Below are positions 18,490 to 27,943 of a DNA stretch of 64,000 bases, one piece after another; position 1 is the stretch's first letter, and every line of letters begins with the position of its first letter. Source of the stretch: a virus (Duplodnaviria > Caudoviricetes). The notes beneath the pieces are model-generated. The model worked only from the letters and a program-made list of their open reading frames with translations, was not told where the DNA came from and ran no database searches. Location: the IMG/VR virus record IMGVR_UViG_3300031993_006627, positions 32,001-96,000 of that record, one strand, 5' to 3'. The position numbers and the translations under genes are program-made.

Positions 18490-19035
18490 ATGTCAGACAC
18501 TACCCTTGTGCCCAATTCCGTCTACTGCGTCCCGGACACCTTCAACGTCTTCCTTGCGGATGACATCAAACTGGACTTCCCACCGGACAGACTTCATCTG
18601 GGCTTCTGCTACCAGCTGGCAAAGATGCCGGTGATCGCCAGCAGCCTCAAGGACGGCAAGCTCCGTCTGAAAGTGCACGGAGGTGATGGTGATCCCAATT
18701 TCCCTGCAGAGATGCATGGCATGCTCGGCGACTGCTACTGGGCGACCGCAAAGGAGGCTACTGTGGCACTTCTGAAGCGGCGCATTGCAGATGTCCGCAG
18801 AGCATTGGACTCTGTGCTGGAACTGCCTGACATGATTGACAAGCACGAGGGGCTGTTGGATGGCCAGTATGATGAAGAGACCATCAAGTACGATTACACC
18901 ACCGGAGACATGATCATGATTCTCACCACCAGAATTGCCCCGGTACTTGGCTCCTTTGTCAGCGACGTCGCCAAGCTCCTTATCCAGTACCGTCGGCTCC
19001 GCAAGGAAGAGCAGGAGGCCGCCAATGATCGTTAA
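18490..19035 (+). CDS. hypothetical protein
   Basis: AAAGGA RBS; long ORF. Confidence 0.7.
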   Translation: MSDTTLVPNSVYCVPDTFNVFLADDIKLDFPPDRLHLGFCYQLAKMPVIASSLKDGKLRLKVHGGDGDPNFPAEMHGMLGDCYWATAKEATVALLKRRIADVRRALDSVLELPDMIDKHEGLLDGQYDEETIKYDYTTGDMIMILTTRIAPVLGSFVSDVAKLLIQYRRLRKEEQEAANDR

Positions 19036-19552
19036 ACCGAGAGCTGTGCCGGCGGATCCCACCAAGGTTTGCAGAACCTGTTCTCACTATGACCCCAATC
19101 TGCATGTATGCTGCGCCAATGATTATGCTATCCACGATGAAGAGGCTAATACTATGTCTTGCAGTGATTGGAATCCGAAGAAGATCTGCATTACCTGTGA
19201 CCACTTCGACCCAGATACGAATCAGTGCTGTTCTGAGGAGTATGACATGTCAGAGGAAGATTCTATGACGAGAACCTGCGAGTCCTGGGAGCAGAGGGAG
19301 GATAAGCAGACAGTCTTCGGCGACACTTCCCTGAATGAGCTGGAGGCGAAAGCCAAGGTCTGGGGACACCAGCAGGAAGCCAAGACTCTTAATCGCGGCG
19401 CCAAGCAGGGCATGACCCTGGAGGCTCTGGACACGGTTTTTGCGATTGCCTGTCAGCAGGTGCCTTCTATGGAGCAGCGCTGGATGGAGCTGAAGGCTGA
19501 AATCAATGTCATGTTTGCCCAGAAGTGGTCAGCGGAGGATATGACGAAATGA
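19025..19552 (+). CDS. protein with tandem Cys-rich repeats
   Basis: CRTCSHYDP...CC...CSDW and CITCDHFDP...CC...CESW. Confidence 0.7.
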   Translation: MIVKPRAVPADPTKVCRTCSHYDPNLHVCCANDYAIHDEEANTMSCSDWNPKKICITCDHFDPDTNQCCSEEYDMSEEDSMTRTCESWEQREDKQTVFGDTSLNELEAKAKVWGHQQEAKTLNRGAKQGMTLEALDTVFAIACQQVPSMEQRWMELKAEINVMFAQKWSAEDMTK

Positions 19553-19770
19553 ATAACGTCAGCATTGTTCTGTTTGTTCTGTCCGGCATTTTCTTGCTGC
19601 CATTGCTCGGTGCCTGCATTGTTGCCTGGTGCCAGGAAGCACTGCGTTTGTTCCACTATGCGATCAAGACGCACAAGTTCGATGACATCGCGGCTTTTTC
19701 GGTTTACATGTGTGTCAGCCTCGGTCTTCTGGCAGTCATTGTCGCTGCAGTAGACAGATTTCTTCTGTGA
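19549..19770 (+). CDS. small membrane protein
   Basis: Two TM helices; 'FLLPLLGACIVA' resembles 20044. Confidence 0.65.
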   Translation: MNNVSIVLFVLSGIFLLPLLGACIVAWCQEALRLFHYAIKTHKFDDIAAFSVYMCVSLGLLAVIVAAVDRFLL

Positions 19771-19778
19771 GGTGCCCT

Positions 19779-20042
19779 ATGACATACGAGAGAGTACTCG
19801 AAATCATTAACCAGGCGGACGAAGTACCTATCTGGGGCTACGCGCTGGATGACACCGGCTGGTACCTGTTTATCCTGGATCGCAACGACGAGGAGTTCCC
19901 GGAGCCGCTGGCGTGGGACATCATGCTGGACGAATACCGGGATGCTCCGGATGCCAGGAAGCGTGCCAAGCGCAAAGCGACCTGGTGGGTGTCCACCGTG
20001 AATCCGCAGGAAACAATCAGACAGAACCACTGGGAGTCATGA
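19779..20042 (+). CDS. hypothetical protein
   Basis: GAGG RBS; MTYERVLE... Confidence 0.6.
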   Translation: MTYERVLEIINQADEVPIWGYALDDTGWYLFILDRNDEEFPEPLAWDIMLDEYRDAPDARKRAKRKATWWVSTVNPQETIRQNHWES

Positions 20043-20043
20043 C

Positions 20044-20310
20044 ATGAGAATCGCCATGTACGTTTTCTTCAGTATCGCTGCTCTTTGTTTCCTCCCATTC
20101 GCCGGCAGTATCATTGTAGGCGCTTGTTACTATTTCAACGAGTGGCGCAAGGAATTCTTCGGGAAAGGCGGATACAAAGATCCACAGCAGGTGATGGATG
20201 CCATCATGTTCATCGGTTGTATGTGTTTCCTTCTCGGCGGCATGACGTGCTGCTTGCAGGAGATTGAAGACAAACCGCAACAGGAAGTGCAACAGGAAGC
20301 GCAGCCATGA
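20044..20310 (+). CDS. small membrane protein
   Basis: Two TM helices. Confidence 0.65.
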   Translation: MRIAMYVFFSIAALCFLPFAGSIIVGACYYFNEWRKEFFGKGGYKDPQQVMDAIMFIGCMCFLLGGMTCCLQEIEDKPQQEVQQEAQP

Positions 20311-20600
20311 CGTTCATCAAGATCCTTGCTCTCATTGGTGCGCTTCTTATGGGTATACCCCTTCTATGTGGCATATGCTATGTGCTCTGGGAGTTTGCCA
20401 AATATGTGCGCAAGATGACATGGTGCGAACGGCTGAACCTTATGTTTCATACAGGCTGGGCTATTTTGATCGCAGCGGCTATGGGCTGGACTTTGATTCG
20501 TATATACGACAGGAAGATTACCGCTGATGCTTCTACAGATACTAAACAAGAAATTCCACCTCAGGTGGAGAATCTCAACCAAGAGGAGCTTCCGAAATGA
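20307..20600 (+). CDS. small membrane protein
   Basis: Two TM helices; ATGA overlap. Confidence 0.65.
   Translation: MTFIKILALIGALLMGIPLLCGICYVLWEFAKYVRKMTWCERLNLMFHTGWAILIAAAMGWTLIRIYDRKITADASTDTKQEIPPQVENLNQEELPK
20550..20574. repeat. 25-bp pseudo-palindromic site, copy 3
   Basis: GAAATTCCACC-TCA-GGTGGAGAATC (inside the 3' end of a CDS). Confidence 0.75.
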
Positions 20601-21028
20601 AATACTATATCTGGCAAGGGGTTACGTACAAAAACAACCCGCCCAATCCACTGTACACCGAAGATGGCCGGTCCATCAGTCCCGTGGATGACGAAACCTT
20701 CATTGCGAATGGCGGCGAGATCACCGAGGACGCCAAGCCAACCCCGGTGGACGAAGCACATGCGGCCTGGAAGCAGTTCCGTAAGGCGGTCTATGACACC
20801 CAGAAGTTCCTGCATGATCCCACCTACATGGGTGGCTTCGACGAGGACTGGAAGATCGAGCAGTCCGAGTACACTGCGGCTGATCCCACGACCGCACTCA
20901 TGCTGACCACCAGACTCCAGAACGCCAATGCCAAGTGCGTGTATCGTTCCGGTCTCATCGGCCTTGGACAGCCGGAATGGTACTTCGAGTGCTGGAAGCA
21001 CACGGACGAAGACGATCCGGAGGAATAA
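20597..21028 (+). CDS. hypothetical protein (possibly tail-fibre accessory)
   Basis: GAGGAG RBS; clear coding bias. Confidence 0.65.
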   Translation: MKYYIWQGVTYKNNPPNPLYTEDGRSISPVDDETFIANGGEITEDAKPTPVDEAHAAWKQFRKAVYDTQKFLHDPTYMGGFDEDWKIEQSEYTAADPTTALMLTTRLQNANAKCVYRSGLIGLGQPEWYFECWKHTDEDDPEE

Positions 21029-21031
21029 GCA

Positions 21032-22699
21032 ATGGCTGACGGAAAACAGAGCGATCCGGAATTACAGGAGATTCGCAGGAAGTATAATATCTGGCGTAAG
21101 AGTACAAATCGAATCCCTGTAGACTATAATAGGGAACAAGCTGCCGCTGGCGGCAGCTCTGTTTTTCGTGGCCTGATCAATTACAATGATCCTGTTGATG
21201 TAGCCACAAAAACACGCGCAGATAACATACGTCTTTCCCTGAATAAGTGGCGTGATTACATGAGCCCGGAAAGAGGTAATGCAGGGTACTACGCAAAGCA
21301 CATGGAACTCCCACCGTTCTCCATCAGGATGTTTATGGGTGGCAAACATACTTTGGATTCCCGTACGGATCCGAGTAAGCAGAAACAGGATGTCACACCG
21401 ACGGAGAAGTCTGTCGAAGCTCCAGTCAATGCAGTGCAAGAGAAGACAGCAACGGCTCATAATATGAATATTTGCACGGTAAGAAATGCCATGCAGAAGC
21501 GAGCATTTTTCTCCTTCTGGCCACAGTGGCCGAGCGATCAGGAAGTCGCTGCTGTCTATGGAGAAACGCCGCAACAAGTCGCTGACAGGCAATTTGAAGC
21601 GCAGCATGGTATGACCCGTGGTGTCTGGGATCAGCGCTATCAGGAGGCTTCCCAGAATCTTGACAAATACTTATCCGGACAGCCTTCGGAATCGATCTTC
21701 TCGCCGGGGCACATGATCTATCCAAATGAAGGCCCTGCGCAGATGCGTACCAGAGCCAATATGGAGAATGATCTTCGGACACTCTCGGCAATGAATCCGG
21801 ACGCCTATAACCATTTGATGCGCATTTCCGGAGGCAACCCGACACCTCAACTGCTGAACGACTACATGTTCCGTGCAGTCCCCGGATATAAAGGAGCTTA
21901 CCAGGGCTTTAACATATACGAGTACGGCAACTATACACCAAAGCAAAGAAACCAGATACTCAGTGCCGCAAGGGAGTTGGGAGTTAAGCCGAATCAAATT
22001 GCTGCGGTACGCCTTGGTCAGAGTGGGCTCATCAATGGTTTCCAGACGACAAGCAATCCAGATACACTTCGCCGTCTTGTCCAACTGAAAAACCCACAGG
22101 CTTATAACAACTATATCCTGAGTTACCTGAAGCCCCAATGGGGTGCGAATCCCAGGACGAGGGGGCTTGCGATGCCATCTAATCAGCAGTTTCTTACGGC
22201 GTTTAACAGAAATCAGAATCCTGCATGGCTGTCCAGGGATATGAATGGTATGCACCTTGGCAAACGGCCAAAAGGTGCTGCACCCATGAGCACATTCGGT
22301 ATCAATGGTCAGTACTATGACAAGTACGCTGATGGCAGAATCGTTGCGGTGAATCCCGGCATGGTGAGAGGACGCTCCATGATGAATGGTGGCCACATGA
22401 CTGGAACAAGAGCAGGAAGAGCGCCTGGGTACAACAAGCCGGATTGGTCCACAAGGCCCCAGGGTGATAACTACTGGAACGGCCAGAAGTGGGTCGCGAT
22501 TGATCGCTCCGAACTCGGAAAGCCTGTTACCGCAGAGGAGATGGGATACAGGACAACATCAGCTGGAGGCACGACATCGGATTTTACCCGCTTGCCGCAA
22601 ACGCATTACAAGTTTAAGCCATCTACGACGTCCACGAACGGTACATCCGGAGCTCTGCGCAGGCAGATGAGGAATACGGTGAACAGCCGAATTGCTTGA
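21032..22699 (+). CDS. putative virion protein with K-x-A motifs
   Basis: EKTATA and QKRAFF after a polar N-region; Q/N/G-rich. Confidence 0.6.
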   Translation: MADGKQSDPELQEIRRKYNIWRKSTNRIPVDYNREQAAAGGSSVFRGLINYNDPVDVATKTRADNIRLSLNKWRDYMSPERGNAGYYAKHMELPPFSIRMFMGGKHTLDSRTDPSKQKQDVTPTEKSVEAPVNAVQEKTATAHNMNICTVRNAMQKRAFFSFWPQWPSDQEVAAVYGETPQQVADRQFEAQHGMTRGVWDQRYQEASQNLDKYLSGQPSESIFSPGHMIYPNEGPAQMRTRANMENDLRTLSAMNPDAYNHLMRISGGNPTPQLLNDYMFRAVPGYKGAYQGFNIYEYGNYTPKQRNQILSAARELGVKPNQIAAVRLGQSGLINGFQTTSNPDTLRRLVQLKNPQAYNNYILSYLKPQWGANPRTRGLAMPSNQQFLTAFNRNQNPAWLSRDMNGMHLGKRPKGAAPMSTFGINGQYYDKYADGRIVAVNPGMVRGRSMMNGGHMTGTRAGRAPGYNKPDWSTRPQGDNYWNGQKWVAIDRSELGKPVTAEEMGYRTTSAGGTTSDFTRLPQTHYKFKPSTTSTNGTSGALRRQMRNTVNSRIA

Positions 22700-22703
22700 G
22701 GAT

Positions 22704-22729
22704 AAGGCCCTGCAATGGGCCTTTCTTTT
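22704..22729 (+). terminator. intrinsic terminator
   Basis: AAGGCCC...GGGCCTT TCTTTT. Confidence 0.7.
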
Positions 22730-22760
22730 ATTGTAAAGGGAACAACAAAGGAGACACAGC

Positions 22761-25079
22761 ATGGCATACCCGGACTATACCAGTAATTTTGACAGTAAAT
22801 GGAAGGATCAGAGTACGCCATGCAAGTATGATGTGGATAATCCCACGTTCTGTTCCCCGATGTCTGTCCTGTCCGGTCTTGTCAGCGGATTCTGTGAGCG
22901 ACAGGCCGTTGTTAATTCCAGCTTTGTCACCGGAACTACGACATCTCCTGTTACTTCGGACTGGTATGCGGCCACACAGGCAGGCCGTGATACCATTGTA
23001 AACAATGCCGTGCAACATGTTGCGCTACATGATTTGAAGCCGTCCCAAGTCGGTGCAGAGAGCTACAAGGGCCCTGTGGACGCTACGTTCGCTCCAGTGG
23101 ACAAGACTACGGTGACGGATGGTGGTGTTTCCGTTGTTACCACCTATATGACATATATGGATAACCTGATCACTTCTCTGGTCGAGATAGGAAGCTATTG
23201 CACGGATATTTCAGGTGGGACATTTTTCACATCCTTTGACCAGCTCGCTCAGTCCGCTTATGCATCTATCTCCGGAGGTGCTTCTGCACTTGCAAACGTT
23301 CCTGTATATGGTGGTACAAATTATAGCCAGGATTTTATGCCTGCTTTTCCAAAAGAATGGGCAAAAGAGCGCAAGTGGATGCTGGAACAACTGCGATATA
23401 CTGCGGACAATACATCCAGCATGATACAGGGGAATAATACCGAGTTGTCAGGCGCTTCATGGGTGGAGGATTTGACAGTAAGCAGGGCAACGCTATCCCC
23501 GGATATTGCAGTTTCAGGGGGCACGGCTTTCAGCGATGAAATACCGGCGAGTTCCATGATTCTGCAGATAGGGATGCGGGGAAATAACTATGATGATGCC
23601 ACATTATCTCCCAGTACAGCATGTGCTGTTGCCTACGAATACGCAGATACCCAGACAGTACAAACAGTCGGAGAGGGAGTCACTGTAACGCGCGCCGGAT
23701 ATAACGATTTTGTCACATATGACTATAATATTGCGTGGTGTACTGATGATGGCACCTATGAAATACTGGATACAGCTGTCCTGACTGGAACGTCGGCTAC
23801 AGAGGTTGACATTACCGGGACTACCAGTGGTACGAATCTGAGACTCAGCGCCTATCTTAGTCCTCCAAACAGAAGATACAGCGGTGTTTTCTACAGCTCA
23901 TATATGAATGATGCTTCTGTGATCGTAACGGGTACAACTATATTTACAGGACAGAACATGCCAGGCAGTAACCAGGATAATGTGCCAGGCACTATTATAG
24001 TCACATCCGGCGGTACCGCCGTGGTTTCGGCCGGCTCAATGGATCGTGTAATCGTGGAACCGCATGGCAGCTTGGTTATCCAGAGTGGTGCTCGTGTTAC
24101 GAACTGCTGTGTATTGACTGCAGTGGAAGAAGGTCAGACGGTTCGGGGCACTGTGACAGGTCTATACGAGACAACTACCAGTGCAGATACCATCTCATCT
24201 TTACTCATAGATTTCGTTGACATGCACTGTGCCTCTGCCACCTCATGTTACTTTGTCTCATCCGGTGTTCAGTACACATACACGTCTGCCACTGTTGGCG
24301 GCGCCGATTGTATTGTGGTCCTTACAGGAGGAACATGTGTGGTAACTGATGCAGAGTATACAGGGGAAGTCCGTGTCGAATCCGGTGCTTCTGTCCTTAT
24401 TGCAGATAACGGGAAACTGTTGGGCGACTGTGTTGTGTACGAAGGTGGCTATGTTGGTATTACCGGCAGTGATGCGGGTATCGGAGATGTGGATCATGAA
24501 CAAGCCTGCCTCTTTTTACATAGCGGGGCATCCTGCAGGATAAGCCCTCCAACTGATGAATTTGCCTGGGTCAGAACATGCGAAATTCTGAGTGGGGCTA
24601 CGTGTACAATTACATGTAGCGTCGGATTGGCAACTATGTGGGGCGGTGGTAATAACAGAGGACATTTACACGTAGAAGATGGCGCTGTCATACGTGTAGA
24701 GTCTGCCGGCGTAATTCTGAATAAGCCGATAGATATTATGACAGCTTATAAGGGGCAGAGGGATTGTCCTGATATAACATATGTGCAACGATTCTATGAC
24801 CAGGAAATGGTAGCGGGCGAGAACACCCTGCACAGGGGGTGGAATACTTTTGAGCTTTCGCCAAGTGGTACAAGTGCCACGTTATTGACAAGGCGCAGTA
24901 CACCAACCGGTATTACTCCTGTTAAAGAAACCATGTTTGTTGGTACATGTAATAACGCTGACTACAGTCAAGTATATCTGAATGCCGGTTTTCATATATG
25001 CACAATACGAGCCGAAATAGTAGGCGCAGGTACTGTTGATCACTACACCAAATTCAGACTTCGCCAGAACGCGACTTGA
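22761..25079 (+). CDS. putative virion protein with AIDA-like repeats
   Basis: VTSGGTAVVSAG, IQSGARV, VESGASV, LHSGASC, ILSGATC repeats. Confidence 0.6.
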   Translation: MAYPDYTSNFDSKWKDQSTPCKYDVDNPTFCSPMSVLSGLVSGFCERQAVVNSSFVTGTTTSPVTSDWYAATQAGRDTIVNNAVQHVALHDLKPSQVGAESYKGPVDATFAPVDKTTVTDGGVSVVTTYMTYMDNLITSLVEIGSYCTDISGGTFFTSFDQLAQSAYASISGGASALANVPVYGGTNYSQDFMPAFPKEWAKERKWMLEQLRYTADNTSSMIQGNNTELSGASWVEDLTVSRATLSPDIAVSGGTAFSDEIPASSMILQIGMRGNNYDDATLSPSTACAVAYEYADTQTVQTVGEGVTVTRAGYNDFVTYDYNIAWCTDDGTYEILDTAVLTGTSATEVDITGTTSGTNLRLSAYLSPPNRRYSGVFYSSYMNDASVIVTGTTIFTGQNMPGSNQDNVPGTIIVTSGGTAVVSAGSMDRVIVEPHGSLVIQSGARVTNCCVLTAVEEGQTVRGTVTGLYETTTSADTISSLLIDFVDMHCASATSCYFVSSGVQYTYTSATVGGADCIVVLTGGTCVVTDAEYTGEVRVESGASVLIADNGKLLGDCVVYEGGYVGITGSDAGIGDVDHEQACLFLHSGASCRISPPTDEFAWVRTCEILSGATCTITCSVGLATMWGGGNNRGHLHVEDGAVIRVESAGVILNKPIDIMTAYKGQRDCPDITYVQRFYDQEMVAGENTLHRGWNTFELSPSGTSATLLTRRSTPTGITPVKETMFVGTCNNADYSQVYLNAGFHICTIRAEIVGAGTVDHYTKFRLRQNAT

Positions 25080-25108
25080 CCCGCTCTCTTCCATAAGAGG
25101 AATCACCA

Positions 25109-26416
25109 ATGCCAGACTTCGCTCCAGGAATCCCAGACAAGCTCAATAAGGGCAGGCTCATGGATCTGCCGACCGACGTGTTGCTCACGATGGTACGGCA
25201 GCAGCATGACGCCCGGAAGGCCGGCCGGCACACGGATCTGCGCATCGGCAATGAGTCTGGCCTCTTCAGTTGGGCTGTGCCGAAGGATCTTCCCACAGAA
25301 CCCGGCCAGTTCCGTCTGGCGATTCCTACGAGCCTGCACCGATATTCCTACAAGGACTTCGAGGGCGACATCCCGGAGGGCAAATACGGCGCCGGCCATG
25401 TGAGCAAGCAGGAAGAATCCCCTGTGGTTCTCCTGAAGAACACGTCCAGCTATATCGAGTTTACCAGGGGCACCAGCAAGGATTCCCCGGTATACAAGAT
25501 GAAGCGCACCAGCGGTGGCAACTGGATCATCGGTATCAAGGAGCCCCAGGAGCCGGAGTCCGTGGCCGATTACCAGCGTGAGCACTTCAAGTCGGTTCCC
25601 ATTGAGAGCGTCCAGAAGATGATTGATAGCGGCGCGACCATTGCCCCCAAGATCGACGGCTCCTCTGTGTTGGCATATCTGGACAAGCACGGCATCAAGG
25701 TCTATGGCACCCGACCGGACAAGTCGGGGCACAAGCCTGACTACAGCGCACACATCGGCGGTCTTTCTCAGGTGCAGGTGCCGGAGGATCTCGTGGGCAT
25801 GATGCTGCGCGGAGAACTCTACGGTGTGCGTAATGGGCAGGTGATCCCACCTCAGGAACTCTCCGGGTTTCTCAACAGTACCATCCAGAACGCCATTCAG
25901 AAGCGCCAGCGTGGTCTCCGACTTATGGTCGCGGCTCTGGCCGTGAATCGTGGCAAGGATGACTATGGAGCGCCTGTGGGCGACATCGTGCGCCGGCTCC
26001 ACAGTCCTTCTTTTACAGCATTGCAGCCGGTCGGCGGGGAGAAAGCCCGCAGATTGCTCCGGCAGATACTGGCTGGCCGGCATCCGCTCACCCAGGAGGG
26101 CTTAGTGATCCACCAGAAAGACAAGCGGCCGCTGAAGGCGAAGCTCCGTGAGGACTATGATGTGGTAATCCGGGACATCTTCCCGGCGGATACCAAGTCC
26201 GAGCCACGGGCCGGCGGATTCACCTATGCACTCCCTGATCGGCCGGACAAATTGGTCGGTAACGTGGGTACCGGGTTCTCCCATGAACTGCTGCGGGACA
26301 TGCTGCAGCACCCGGAGAAATACGTTGGCCGGCTGGCCCGCATCCATGCTCAGTCTCAATATCCGGACACCGGCGCTTACAGAGCGCCGAGTTTTATCGC
26401 AATGAGGGAAGACTAA
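25109..26416 (+). CDS. LigD-type 3'-phosphoesterase domain fused to ATP-dependent DNA ligase
   Basis: PE: QQHDA...HTDLRI...SWAVPK...RLA...H..SY.DFEGDIPEGKYGAG. Ligase: KIDG, GEL, EGLVI, LKAK; OB-fold VGTGF, RAPSF. Confidence 0.85.
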   Translation: MPDFAPGIPDKLNKGRLMDLPTDVLLTMVRQQHDARKAGRHTDLRIGNESGLFSWAVPKDLPTEPGQFRLAIPTSLHRYSYKDFEGDIPEGKYGAGHVSKQEESPVVLLKNTSSYIEFTRGTSKDSPVYKMKRTSGGNWIIGIKEPQEPESVADYQREHFKSVPIESVQKMIDSGATIAPKIDGSSVLAYLDKHGIKVYGTRPDKSGHKPDYSAHIGGLSQVQVPEDLVGMMLRGELYGVRNGQVIPPQELSGFLNSTIQNAIQKRQRGLRLMVAALAVNRGKDDYGAPVGDIVRRLHSPSFTALQPVGGEKARRLLRQILAGRHPLTQEGLVIHQKDKRPLKAKLREDYDVVIRDIFPADTKSEPRAGGFTYALPDRPDKLVGNVGTGFSHELLRDMLQHPEKYVGRLARIHAQSQYPDTGAYRAPSFIAMRED

Positions 26417-26509
26417 TGCGAACTTTGCGCATCGGATTCAAAATTTCGCAGTAGTTACTGTAGTAACGTTTACCGACACTTCTTTTTATAGAACAACAAG
26501 GAGCAACTT

Positions 26510-27067
26510 ATGAAATACACCGACTTCAAGAAATCCTATGATCCCAGCAAGCAACTCGTTGCTGAACAACCTACGGAAAAGCCCATCGAGAAGCAGGCCG
26601 CCGAAGACGCCACCAAATCTGACATCATCGACATGCTCTGCAAGATTCTGGCGGATGAGTATGTGTCTTACTACGCATACTTCGCCGGCGCCAAGAACAT
26701 CCGTGGCGAGAACTGGATGGACGTGAAGCAGGAGTTCGAGCAGCATGCAGAAGACGAACGCGGCCATTTCGAGTCTGTGTTCGACCGGCTCTACCAGCTG
26801 GGTTACTACAACAAGGATCTCCTGAAGGACATCAAGGAGAATGCTGGCTACTACTGGGACGTTGACACCAAGGATCCCAAGAAGGCTGCCGAGATCGCCC
26901 GCACGGCGGAGAAGAAGGCCGTGGAAGCCTACCAGAAGCTCCTCGCGGCCATCGCCGGTCAGGAACCGGAGAAGCGGGACTACGCCACCGAGAAGCTCGC
27001 CAAAGAGCATCTGGAGACCGAGCAGGATCACCTGCAGGATATGGAACGGCTCGTGGAAGAGTTCTGA
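26510..27067 (+). CDS. ferritin-like (DPS-like/bacterioferritin) di-iron protein
   Basis: LADE...Y, EDERGH, AEKKAVEAY, DYAT...ETEQDH four-helix-bundle pattern. Confidence 0.85.
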   Translation: MKYTDFKKSYDPSKQLVAEQPTEKPIEKQAAEDATKSDIIDMLCKILADEYVSYYAYFAGAKNIRGENWMDVKQEFEQHAEDERGHFESVFDRLYQLGYYNKDLLKDIKENAGYYWDVDTKDPKKAAEIARTAEKKAVEAYQKLLAAIAGQEPEKRDYATEKLAKEHLETEQDHLQDMERLVEEF

Positions 27068-27071
27068 TCCA

Positions 27072-27096
27072 GAAGTTCCACTTCAGGTAGAAAATT
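27072..27096. repeat. 25-bp pseudo-palindromic site, copy 4
   Basis: GAAGTTCCACT-TCA-GGTAGAAAATT. Confidence 0.8.
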
Positions 27097-27097
27097 G

Positions 27098-27121
27098 AGG
27101 CTCCAGAAATGGAGCCTTTTT
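27098..27121 (+). terminator. intrinsic terminator
   Basis: AGGCTCCA GAAA TGGAGCCT TTTT. Confidence 0.8.
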
Positions 27122-27135
27122 CATGCCAAAATGGG

Positions 27136-27165
27136 CTAAATTTGAAGGGTTTTGAGGGCAGTATA
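27136..27165 (+). promoter_or_regulatory. class-1 promoter-like motif
   Basis: CTAAAT-N17-CAGTAT, with GG immediately before the -10-like box. Confidence 0.65.
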
Positions 27166-27215
27166 AGATGTCCCTGTAATTCTTCATCAACCAAACTCTA
27201 GAAAGGAGAACTCAA

Positions 27216-27812
27216 ATGAAGAACAACCCTAAATTACAGTTCGTCGTCGGAATCATCCTCATGGTTGCTTGTGGTGGTATGCTTACGGCCGCATTCCGCA
27301 CACTTGGACATTCCTGGCTGGGCGCCATCGGGCTTGCAGTCCTTTGGTCTGTGCTCACTTTCATCGGACTTTTGCTCGCGATTGTTCTGCTCGCAGTCTT
27401 CACAGGCTGGATTCTGCAGGCAATTCGCAGTAGACGATTCGATAGAAATTGGGTGAAGCATACCCAGGAGATCCGTGATTTCATGGATGCTCTTACGGTC
27501 GATCCTTCGTCCTGCCCCGCAGACAAGGATATCATCGTAAGTGGCACTGCCAAAGTGAGAATCACTGGACAGCCAAAGCAGAAGATCTACGTCAAGAAAG
27601 GAGCCATGGTGTGGCTCAATGACGGAGAGGTCAAAGGGGAAGGAGGAACGGTCTGTATTGGGTCGGGCGACAGCCTGATCTATGTGGACAACGATCCTGA
27701 ACCGAAGAACCATATTTGGCTTTCCGGCGAATTCAAGGAAGTTCGAGTTGGACTGGATGTCCCGGTGACATTCCGGCAAGGAATCAAAATCGGACACATC
27801 AGTGTTTACTGA
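27216..27812 (+). CDS. membrane protein with C-terminal beta-rich domain
   Basis: Two N-terminal TMs; AAAGGAG RBS. Confidence 0.7.
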   Translation: MKNNPKLQFVVGIILMVACGGMLTAAFRTLGHSWLGAIGLAVLWSVLTFIGLLLAIVLLAVFTGWILQAIRSRRFDRNWVKHTQEIRDFMDALTVDPSSCPADKDIIVSGTAKVRITGQPKQKIYVKKGAMVWLNDGEVKGEGGTVCIGSGDSLIYVDNDPEPKNHIWLSGEFKEVRVGLDVPVTFRQGIKIGHISVY

Positions 27813-27865
27813 TTGTCCTGCCCCTCTGCCCCGCAAGGGGCATGGGCTTTTCTTTTATTCTGTAC

Positions 27866-27896
27866 CTGAAAAACGTGGGCTCCTGGGGGCATAATA
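27866..27896 (+). promoter_or_regulatory. class-1 promoter-like motif
   Basis: CTGAAA-N18-CATAAT (GG-CATAAT-A). Confidence 0.55.
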
Positions 27897-27943
27897 CGAT
27901 GAGAGCTCTATACCATAAACCAAACTAACGAAAGGAGTTACAA

